64,000 nt of DNA from contig NC_043000.1 in the NCBI RefSeq assembly GCF_006345805.1, positions 54,684,001 to 54,748,000 on the forward strand. The letters run 5' to 3'. The stretch is from Octopus sinensis. Taxonomy: Eukaryota. The notes under the pieces are model-generated. The model was given only the letters and a program-made list of their open reading frames with translations. It had not been told where the DNA came from and made no database searches. Position numbers and translations under genes: made by a program. This document shows, one piece after another, positions 53,168 to 64,000 of the stretch (positions are counted from its first letter, which is position 1; each line of letters starts with the position of its first letter).

Positions 53168-53566
53168 CCGAGAGAGAGAGAGAGAGAGAAGAGAGAGAAG
53201 AACTGGAATTGTTAATTTGACCAGCCAATGAACAGATAAAGAGGTGGCCCACTTCAACCATCACTAAGAACGAATGTTTTAGAAATCCAGTAGACATTAC
53301 ACTCGGATTTATTATATATAGACATGCAGATGTGCGCACGAGATTCACGCTAATATGCGCACACATACCCGTACGAGTTCACACAGAGACGCAGATATGG
53401 GTGCAAGTACATGCTGACAAAGCCAGAGCTAGTCATTGACACATACGGGTGTTTCGCATGTGCGCTTGTAAAAGTGAATGCCTGTGACGTGTGTCTGTAT
53501 ATACGTAAAAGTATATGAATGTGTATATTGTGTATATATACACATATATATATATATATATATATT

Positions 53567-53947
53567 ACTCTTTTACTTGTTTCAGTCATTTGACTGCGGC
53601 CATGCTGGTGCACCGCCTTTAGTCGAGCAAATCTACCCCGGGACTTATTCTTTGTAAGCCTAGTACTTATTCTATCGGTCTCTTTTGCCGAACTGCTAGA
53701 TGACGGGGACGTAAACACACCAGCGTCGTTTGTCAAGCGATGCTAGGGGGACAAACACAGACACACACATATACATACACATATATATATATACATATAT
53801 ACGACAGGCTTCTTTCAGTTTCTGTCTACCAAATCCATTCACAAGGCATTGGTCGGCCCGGGGCTATAGCAGAAGACACTTGCCCAAGATGCCACACAGT
53901 GGGACTGAACCCGGAACCATGTGGTTGGTTAGCAAGCTACTTACCAC
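53567..53947 (-). mobile_element. SINE family B copy
   Basis: TTTCAGTCATTTGACTGCGGCCATGCTGG...GACACTTGCCCAAG.TGCCAC.CAGTGGGACTGAACCCGGAACCATGTGGTTGG; CORE-like CTTGGGCAAGTG on the minus strand. Confidence 0.92.
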
Positions 53948-54109
53948 GGAAATAACCTCCTCTTTTGTTATATATATATATATATACGTGTGTTGTGGGT
54001 GTAGGTGTGAGTGGGTGTCTGTCTGCTTGTATAGACATTCAGAGATTTATTATTCCATGCTTCCACTTTTCGAAAAAGTATATATAGTTGCATTGAGAAC
54101 CATTTCCCA

Positions 54110-54328
54110 TAGCCAACCGGTGGTTGTCACACGCTGATTACGGCTAACTACCCAGAAACTTGGGTCCATGTGTGTCACGTCAGGCTGGAGATGGGAATGA
54201 TGACTTCCCTTTGTAAATGATGATAGGGCACAGATAGTGTGTCGGTAGCCACCTGGAGGGGATGTCTTCCTGGGGCTACAAGCTACAGTAGCATCGGCCT
54301 TTAAATGTTAGCCATGCTTAGGTGACAA
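54110..54328. mobile_element. Diverged inverted copy of the 8650-8867 MITE
   Basis: TGTGTGTCACGT.AGGCT.GAGATGGGA..ATGAC.TCCC.TTG and TGTCTTCCTGGGG are reverse complements of segments in 8690-8800. Confidence 0.65.
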
Positions 54329-54405
54329 ATTTACTTCACGATACACACAAACACACACATATATATGTATCGATACATACACACACACATACACACACAA
54401 ACACT

Positions 54406-54440
<35 letters not shown>

Positions 54441-56399
54441 GATTTTTACATATGTCTATATGTTTATGCATATATATGTATTAATGTAAATATATGTTTG
54501 CAGAATAAAAGAATAAAAGAATGTATTTGTAGTATTTGAGATTACGTAAATTTATTTATAAAGCAATCAAACGCTAACTATTACACCATTCAATCAAATT
54601 CAATATCATATTGATTCTTAAAAGGAAAATATTGATAAGAACTACGACGTTTGGAAAGTGTTTGGTTTTCTCAGACAGACCATCGAAGACAGCGACTGAC
54701 GAATTCTTGGATGCATTATCAATGTTTTATTTCTTGATGAAATTGTGCATGCGCAGGGGTCCCTGTACACACACATACGGATATGTATTTATGTGTGTGT
54801 TTGTGTGTATGTATGTGTGAGAGAAAATTTAGGGAATGCAGTAGGTTAGATCCAGTCCACATATGCTTCCTAGGTGGCAGACCCACGGAAGTTAAAATTA
54901 CTTAAGGAAGGTTACTCCGCTAGTTACTCATCAGGCCAAAGCTAACTTCGACAAATGAATGTCTTGTTGGCATCAACGGATCCTGTGTTAAATCGCACGA
55001 GATTTCGATCAAATCTTCAGCGAATTAACATGGAATCCTTTGACGACAATGGAACATTCATTTGATTAAGTTATCTTTGGCATGATGCGTAGCTAGCAGA
55101 GTACCATTCTTTAAGTAATTACTACTTCCATACTTCTGCTACCAAGGAAACATGTGTAGCCTGGATCTTACCTACACCATTCCTCAAATTTGGACTTTTC
55201 TTCCCATACACAGAAACAGCAGCTGCTACCGTGAACTATGAAATAACTTAGTTTATCAAACTGCAATATGTGAAAAATTTCCATTTTCCATCAACAAACT
55301 ACTATTGTTCCGAAAATTTATTTCTTATACCTTCAACTGATTGCTCAATGCTTACTAACTTCCTACATATTATTCCTTAGATCTTACCTTTACATATTAT
55401 ATATTGACATTGACATATAATGTATACACACGTATGTATAGGCGGGCTGTATGGTATGAAATTTTGCTTCCCAATCGCATACTTCCGGTTTCAGTTCGGA
55501 TACATGACGCCTACGGCAAGTGACTTCTATTATAGCCCTGGGCTAACCAATCGTGTAATATGTGTGCGTGCGTATCTGTGTGTTTGTGCGCGCGCGTGTG
55601 CATGCATGTCTTTGCAACAAAATTGTTTATACTTATGGTTATCATTCCTATTCACTTTGTTTATTAATTCAGACACGAATTCTGATTATGAAGAGAAAGG
55701 CAACTCGGATAGACATCAACTGTCATATAGTTATTTGGTGAACTATGATATTTTCCTGTCAGTGTAACAAGTAAAATATTTATTTCTGTGTCTAATGCAA
55801 CGGAAAGTAGGCTGCAATCCAAATTGCTCCTGACAAGAGTTCGTGAAGAAGAATTAATTATTCATGTTTGAAACTACCCACGTTATTTGAACAATTTTTC
55901 ACTAATATCAGCTCGTTTCATTTAAACGTTTATGATTTCTAGTTGGGCTCATTTCATTTCCTTTCGCCGTTAATTCCTCAGGGGAAGTGATACATAGTCT
56001 ATGGAAAGTTTTTTACGCCATTATCGCAGATAAATCTGCGTGCTGTTCGCATAAAAATCATTTAGGAAGTGAAATATTCGCCTTTCTTTTGCAAGGATTT
56101 CACATTAAATGTAACATATATATAATAACTCGGTGTATCTTAATCTATAGATATATTTGAATGAAACGATTGTCTAATAAGAAAATATGATTAGGAGCCG
56201 GTCGCTTTTACTATAACAATAAAATAAAAGCAATAACTTGGAAGCATATTTAGCCTGAATGAGTTAAACATTGATTATCAAATGCGGCATTATCATTAGA
56301 AAACTGGAATAACGAACACAGCCACTACAAAAAAATACCAATGGAATTAATATAGGGTTTAGTAAATTAGTTACCATTTTTGTAATGTAAATTTAACTC

Positions 56400-56563
56400 G
56401 TAGGTACTGGATGGCTGTATCATAACACGGTTGCCTCCTAACCACTTGGCTTTGGCTTCAGTCCAACTGTGAGGCGCCTTGGGGCAGGTGTCTTGTACTA
56501 TAGCTCCGGGGCGATCACAGCTTTGTGTGTGGATTTGGTAGACGAAAACTGAAAAAACCCGTG
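56400..56563 (+). mobile_element. SINE family B, 5' half
   Basis: TTCAGTCCAACTGTGAGGCGCCTTGGGGCAGGTGTCTTGTACTATAGC...TGGATTTGGTAGACGAAAACTGAAAAAACCCGT. A more degraded piece lies at ~55438-55555. Confidence 0.8.
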
Positions 56564-59344
56564 ATATGTATATGCGTTTATATATGTGTTTATGACATTA
56601 GATTTTGTCCACGTTTCACACACAGACAAACACGCACACACATTTACACACACACAAATCCAATCAGGATCACCTTTGATGTCTCTGACGTTCACATTTT
56701 AGGGTCCGACAAACAAATGCTAGTTTAAAACGGTAGAAGTAGGTAGCTTGATAAGTTGAAGCAAACACATTGCGCTAAATCTCATGATCATCTGCCCTTT
56801 GAAGGTAAACACTCCTGTTCTTTTCTTTGGAAAACATTAGTCCGATAGAGGGAGACATTCTGGTCAACAGTTGTGGCTTGAACATTAAAGATCAACTATC
56901 CAAACATGTAGACATTTTCTAAGTGAAAAAGAATAGGAATATCTCTAAAAACATTCCTCTTAGACGTATGCCTAAAACACAGCGATGTCAGTTCCGAAAT
57001 GACTTTCATCAAAGCTCTAAATGCCTGGCTTCAGAAAGGCTGAAAAGGATAATAATACGCAAACAACAAATGGTATATATGAAGTGTATTATGAAGCAAG
57101 CCTGAACTTGACATCTGGAAGTGAATTATTTTAAAAGATCGTTTAGATTCGGTTGTCTTTTTACGACAAATCGTTCAGAAAAAAATATATTCTGTTAAAG
57201 TATGTTTCTCTGCTACCCTGTTATTGGAAAAGCTTTCCTACAATTCGAGTACATAAAATAATTGCAACAGAAGATGTTTTAATCTGAGCCGTTCTGTAAT
57301 AATTTGTGACGAATTTAAATTTAGATGCATTTTGCCACACTTTACTTAATAATTCTGATTTAGCCATCACAGCAATGGTCATGCAAGGGTGTATCCATCA
57401 CACGCATATCTATAAATCATAGAAACCTTCCCCAAGAATTATACACGCAATTAAGAAAATGTATTGTCAACGATGTTTGCACGTTTTATATCAGTAAGTT
57501 TCTAAAGTAGAAACATAATTCTATTGCCAGCAGGTTAATGATTACTGAGAGACAACATTATCTGCTGGCTGCATTAGTTGTTGTTCCTTATCGAAGTTTC
57601 TTATAAGAATTCTGCTTAATCGATCGAAGTAAGTATTTATGTGTTTCCGCGAGTCAAAGCCTCTTGCTGCATCCTGATTGCACATGAAAAGTAGCGCAGT
57701 TGAAACAGATATCATAATGATATTTTTTATTGCTGATCACTTCTGGGGCCAGTTTAATTCTGACAATATAGGTAAAACTAAATTATGCAATAAACATTTT
57801 TCTTAAGTCTATAAGTTTGAAAATGAGGAAAATGACTCTGCTATTTGTGACCTCCGAAGTGGCTATTTGCAACCTTCTCTTTCGTTAGTATTGACGGAAT
57901 TTAGGCTGTTGTGCTGTATGTCAGCCAGTCTGATAGATATAATTACAGGGCAATTTCTTTCTAGCTCAATCCTTGTCTTTTTATGATAATGTATAATCAT
58001 TTTTATCCCACTTCTTTATTCGAGACTGTAGTACGTAAACTGGGGTTTATTTGGCGGTTATTTCGATTAGGTAGAACCAGGTAGAGACTTCTTCAATGAA
58101 TCCGTCAAAATATCTCATTTTGACGTTGTCGTTTAATCGCTGGTCAGGTCTGATAAAAAGAAAATACTGTCAAAACATCGTAGTGCTGACAATACCATTT
58201 TGTTTTACTACATAGTATATCTAAAACTACAGAATGCAGTGTGTCATGTTTTTCTTTTTTACTAGATTGGGCATAATTTGCTGAAGGTATCCTCGTGAAT
58301 CCAGCATACCTAACAACAATTTTATAGAAGCCTATGTATGACCACAGGAGAAAACTAAATACAGTAAAGCATCCCTTCTCTTATGTCTAACGTAATGTTG
58401 CCTGGATAACATAAAACAGACATGCTGACGAAGAAGAAGGCGGAGATATACAGAGTTGAGCCTATATTGTAAAAAGCCAACAATTTGTAAATATGAAGCA
58501 TTTACGTGTTCGCGACACTTGCTCAAAATAACATTCAAATATTGCATCTTTGATACCCGTTTCTGAATAAAACAACAATATGGCAACCATGGAAACACAA
58601 TTAACCATACCTATGTTGCATCAGGACTTCGGGTTAAGGAACTATGAGAACCGTTATAAAGTCAACAAGAACAAGAGCAACTACCAATTTTATCGATTGT
58701 GAAGCGGTGAATTGTAACATTGAATATTAAGTATATGTGGATGTCGAATATTATGGAGCGAATCTCATTATTGCTTGCAATTTAATCTGGTGCATCAGTA
58801 ATTTTATGTAACTTATTGTGATAATCTTAAATGACACATTGCTATAATAAATTTAAACACATCTCAGATAACACTTTGCAGTATCAGCATCGATCATTCT
58901 AATACAAGAGTCTAGTAGCTTTCTATTTCTAGTAGCTTACTAGTTTATTTTTACAATTTAACAGATCTGTAAAGTGTCACTTCAAAAGACTTTCAATAAA
59001 GAATGAATGTTTTTTGTGTAAAACGCACGTTTATATAACTTTTAAACTGTAAACATCGTATAAAAATAATATCCTGTACCTATCAGCGACATAAGTATAT
59101 CATAGATCAACAAAAGCTTTTGCTTTTTCTTTGATTTAGTATAAAATGAAATATGAAGGAGAGATTGAGTTATTGAGTTAAATCCATTCAATATAATATC
59201 GCTTCTCATATGACCGACAAAATTATATATACTGACACATTTATTTTACATTCTACTATTTGTGCCACACGTTCTAAAATAATGTCCGAGTGACAGAAAA
59301 CTTGACACGAAGGCTTGTAGTATAAACAGTATTTTATTTATATA

Positions 59345-60608
59345 TTCGGTTGGCAACTAGGTTTCCGCGGTTTTTTTAATTTTGGAATTTATTGCGTTTT
59401 TAAATTTTGGAATCTAGTTTTTTCGAGAATTCTATTTTTGAATCATTTCGGAATCTTTTGTTTGCTAGTTAAATTTAGTTGATTTTTGTTTATTTTCAGA
59501 TCATTACAGATTGAATGTCAAGTTAAGAAAAAACGGGCATTTTCGACACCTCCTTTTATTTGCTTTTAATCAAGGTTCGAAGGCCACAAATACTGCTCTC
59601 GACATTTGTGCAGTGTATGGAGAGGGTGCCATAGCTGAAAGAACCGCTCGTGATTGGTATGACAAGTTCAAAAATGGAAATGTTGACCTCAAAAACGCAC
59701 CTCGTTCTGGCTGTCCAGTTGAGTTCGAAGAAGAGCCATTAAATTAACTTTTGCACGAAAATTCTCGTCAAACGACAAGGGAACTGGCAGAAAAAATGGA
59801 ATGCTCCAACACTGTTATAGAGAAGCATCTTCACTCGATGGGAAAGGTTCAGAAGCATGGAGCATGTGTTCGGCATGCCGTAAGTGACAACAAAAATCAA
59901 CGATCCACAATCTCCGCCGGTTTGCTTGTTCGTCACAGCTCAACTGATGGACACACCCAACTATTTCTTTACCGAATCGCTACTGGCAACGAAAAATGGT
60001 GCCTGTACATCAATATGAACCAGCGTAAGGAATGGCTTAGCCCCGGTAAGCAAGCGACACCGCGCGTGAAACAAGATCTTCACCCGCGTAAAACGATCTT
60101 GTGCGTATGGTGGGACTGAGAAGGGATTATCCATTACGAATTACTTGAATGGAACCAAACGGTCAACGCGAAACTATATGTTCAACAGATTAAACGACTA
60201 CATCACGGCTATTCAAGGAAAGAGGCCTAATCGGCAGCATGGATTTCTGCTGCTGAACGACAACGCACGCCCTCATATCGCCAATATGACCATGGCTGGG
60301 ATGTGCAGCCACACCCGCCGTATCCTTCTGATTTGGCACCAACAGATTTCGACCTCTTTCCATCTCTTTCAATTGCTACGCGCGGAGTTTCGTTGAAAAT
60401 TGATGCAGAATTGAGAGCTTGGTTGGATCAATTTTTCGAGTCGAAATCTGATGATTTCTACCAACGAGGTATTGAAAATCTTGTTAAACGTTGGGACGAA
60501 GTTGTAACCGAGAAGGGTTAATACATTATTGATTAATTGTTATTTTTTGTTAAACCCTTTAAAAAAATTAAATTTAAAAACACGGTGAGAACTTAGTTGC
60601 CAACCCAA
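59345..60608 (+). mobile_element. Full-length decayed mariner transposon (DD34D family)
   Basis: TIRs TTCGGTTGGCAACTAGGT (59345) and reverse complement TTGGGTTGGCAACTAAGT (ends 60608); TA on the left, TT on the right. Transposase ~59510-60535: HTH (CAVYGE, RSG.PVE), TGNEKW, CVWWD, DNARPH, HPPYPSDLAPTDF. Stops, frameshifts, first catalytic D read as N. Confidence 0.95.
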
Positions 60609-62168
60609 TTGTTAAATGACTGAACAATATATTCAAATCACCCACAAAACCTTATTTAAACGCAAAATATATATGATATATATTTTTATATACATAAAGA
60701 GATAGGTCAGTAGGTAGATTAGTAGGTATCATCGACAGAAAACAGAACGTAATCAAGTATAATATCTAAATATTCAGAGGTGAGATTAATAACATTATAT
60801 TATATAACATTTTATTTCTCATGAAAAATGTATTTCAACTCAAATTTATTTCCAAGTCGTTGAATCACAAATAAAACAAACGAAATAACGAAATTAATGT
60901 ACTGTGTATAAGGTGCGAAAAGTTTCCTTTACACATCGAAAGATAAAACAAATAAGAAAAATAACATTGGCCTTATTTGATAGACAAAAAAATATTAGTG
61001 CTTTTTAAGCTGGGTTGCAATATGTTAACTCTTTCTCTTGCTTTTCCTTTCTTTCACACAGGCCGACACATAATATAAAGAATTTTTACTAATATGCTCT
61101 CGTCTCAGACAGTGAATGCTTTAGTGATTTCTTGGATAACAATGTTGTGTTAACCATACGTTTCCTAAAGCCAGTAGATCAATTTTGCCAGGCATAAAGA
61201 TCTATGTGTATAATTTACTGTTAAAAAACGACAATGGTTATTAACGAAGCGGGATTACGTCTGGTGTTGACCAAGATAATTATTTCTGAGAATTATTTAT
61301 ATTAATGTTCATATCTTGAACGGAGAGGAATCTACATATACAAGATTTCTAGACGGCATTTAAAGAAAAGTTTCTACACTGATGCGTATGAAATTGCTCG
61401 CAAACACAATCTACTCAGTACTCCCTGGAGTACTGCCTTCCATCTTTTTTTTTCTAATAGAGTAGTGTATCTGCCACGAGAAATTGAAAGTCTTCAACAA
61501 TCTCCACAAAGAATTTCCTGAACGGATCTTCTCTCCTCGTGTCGAAAAGCATATTTTGTCCAACCCCAGAACTAGTTAATCCCACAGCTCATAATGTCGA
61601 CCCGATCTTCAGTTAACTGAACTTCCGTTGCTGCGCAAATTTCTTCTGCAGACGATGATATTCGACTGCAGAGGAGAAAAGATGATCGAAATAATTTTGT
61701 AATTGTAAATACACTGTATTTTGTTGGTGTTAGGAGAAAATATACTTTTATTTTCTTCTTTTTTTTAACTAAGTTATTTCCGAAAAGTTTTTCCAAATAA
61801 AAGAGTTAGATCGAGGGGAATCATTAATTATTTTGCAACATTTACTTGTTCGTTGAGGGGAAACAAGAAAACCGTACAATTTACTATACTTCATTATTAT
61901 TGGTTGTGATATTAATTTCGCCGCTTTCTCACAATTTACCCGATCTTTTTCTGAAATTTCCGAAGACGTTTTCCAAAGTCACTTGTAAATTTAAAGTGCA
62001 TTCATTTGGTATACAAATTTCTGCTTTGTTTTCATTTCTATAGCCGTTATTTTGCACTTGCCAATGCTGAGTAACTTAACTGATGATGTATTATACATGT
62101 ATATATCCATCTATACATGTATACATCTATCTATCTATCTCTCAAACCTATCTATATCTATATTTATC

Positions 62169-62206
<38 letters not shown>

Positions 62207-63589
62207 ATTATAAATAATTATATATATATATATACATATAGATAATTATAAATAATTATAATGGCCAAAGAAAAAAACGCATGTCGAAATATTACAATGC
62301 CAGTAGACTTGCCTAGCTCTATGGTAAGTTTGAAAGCCAAATGAGAGTAGTCTACGATAATTTATTTTCAGAACAAATATGTAACGTGGAGATATTTATT
62401 CATAGAAGGTGACAGTATAATACACAAAACTGCAAAGTATTCGAATAAGTTATGTTATATTTCATTATTTTTTTATGTATCCATGATAAATAGCGATACT
62501 AGTAAAATCATACATAAATGTTTCCAATACCAAGCTCGCAATACCGAACTTTCAAGATTTTCTTTATGCTACTCTCTACAACGACGTCGACAATGCATGT
62601 ATCCTGTCAGAACTGCATTTATAATCATATTTTCATGAGACTGGCCAATATTTTTAGAGTTTGGATAAATATCATTTAAACTATTCCTAAAAGATTTTCC
62701 GTACATGATGTGTAGTACTTCTTATTTGTATTATCATATACACCTTATAACCACCTGTTTATAGGTTAGTTGAATAAGTTTAGCAGATTTTGTAACTTTT
62801 AACTATTTATAATTCTGTAAGCGGCATCTTTGTCTATTCCTCAGATAAAATTATATAAAATCTAAATCTACTTTTCATGAGGCCAATATTAATAATTTGT
62901 ATATATTTATATTCTACGTATTTGCTAAAATTCGCAGCTTTAAATAATCATGCTGTCAATATCATGAATTTCAATATAAAAGTTGTGTTCCAATAGGCAC
63001 AAGCTGAGTGGTTTCTAAGGAATAAATAAGTGGGAAGAAACTAACAAAATAGCCACGAGTGACCATGAGCAGATATTTCATGCCTTTGCAGTTATGTTAC
63101 GCTACATCTTACAATTTTTACTATTGTTGAGCGAGGGAGACAGAAAACCGATACTAGTTAAGAAATGTTGCATTTTATATATTTAAAAAATTACTTCCCT
63201 GCAACTGGTATATCTATCATTAATTCGTATTTGTTTTCAACACTACATAGTTTGTCAGATATGTAAAATTTTGATGAAATTACCGTTACAAAAAACAAAA
63301 CCTCTTTAAGTCTCACTAGCTATTTTATGCTCTGTAAAGCAGGGCGCAAAGAATGCATTCATAAATCTCTAAGTCCCTTTTCTGAAATGCAATGTTCTTT
63401 ATAGTACGGATGCAGTAGATAGGTTATACTATGTAAACCTTTGTTAGTTCTACTTCTCCAAAGAAACATGCTATATTGGAGACTCTAAATTAATTTCTTC
63501 GTACATGGAATCATATGACAGCAACCTCCGTAATAAACAAGCCAGAATTATAAAATCAATAGTGTTCGAGCCGTAATATTCCCATTTCT

Positions 63590-63805
63590 AAAGACGACGA
63601 GCAGGCACAATCGTTAGCACGCCCGACATTATGCTTAGCGGCATTTCGTCCGTACTTACGTTCTGAGTTCAAATTCCATCCAGGTCAACTGTGCCGTTAA
63701 TTTTCTCGCAGTCAATAAAATAAGTACTAGTTGAATTCTGGGGTCGATGTAATTGACTTAGCCACTTATCAAAAATTTCTGGACTTGCACGAAAATTTGA
63801 AACTA
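63590..63805 (+). mobile_element. SINE family A copy
   Basis: AAGACGACGAGCAGGCACAATCGTTAGCACGCC...GAGTTCAAATTCC...TAAAATAAGTACTAGTTGAATTCTGGGGTCGATGTAAT. Confidence 0.85.
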
Positions 63806-64000
63806 ATGTTCACCTTTCTTCTAACTAGAGTATATTCAGCGCAATAGGGAAAAAGACGCAGTTTTTTAAGATGACTTATCAGAATTTGGAATAAGTTTAG
63901 ATGTTATTTCAACTAACTCTTCAACAAAAAAGCCATGGCTTTCGGACAACGATAGATGTTTATCCCAAATGTATACATATGAAATTTAAATTATTTATAT

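Noticed and set aside
1654-56728. Many 60-130 aa ORFs rich in YI, HT, VC, RE or poly-I/S/V
   Set aside because: They are translations of microsatellites and SINEs, not genes.
61400-61690. Strong minus-strand splice acceptor (TTTTCTCCTCTGCAG) and small CAGTACTCC/GGAGTACTG hairpin
   Set aside because: All frames close within about 35 codons, there is no clear donor, and the hairpin is short.
1-64000. CRISPR arrays, rRNA genes, prokaryotic operons
   Set aside because: No regularly spaced repeat-spacer array, rRNA-like sequence or gene-dense region. The sequence is eukaryotic and repeat-rich.

Overview
AT-rich, microsatellite-dense eukaryotic non-coding DNA. The SINE families and repeat mix look like an octopus (coleoid cephalopod) genome; this is inferred from recalled repeat motifs, not from a search. 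I cannot identify any intact host gene. Most ORFs in the track are translations of (TA)n/(CA)n/(TAT)n repeats or SINEs. Well-supported elements: a decayed R4/Dong-clade non-LTR retrotransposon (RT + CCHC + restriction-like endonuclease) and a second 3' fragment inside a (TAA)n tract, a full-length decayed mariner with TIRs, hAT, Helitron and Merlin-like remnants, three tRNA-derived SINE families and a TA-flanked MITE. Weaker: piggyBac-, DIRS- and RTE-like traces. The most interesting signals are (i) several distinct degenerate minimal hammerhead-ribozyme motifs in short repeats, mostly near (TA)n, resembling Penelope pLTRs or retrozymes, and (ii) fold-back inverted duplications tied to (TA)n tracts, including a ~353-bp-arm palindrome with only two mismatches that I could see.
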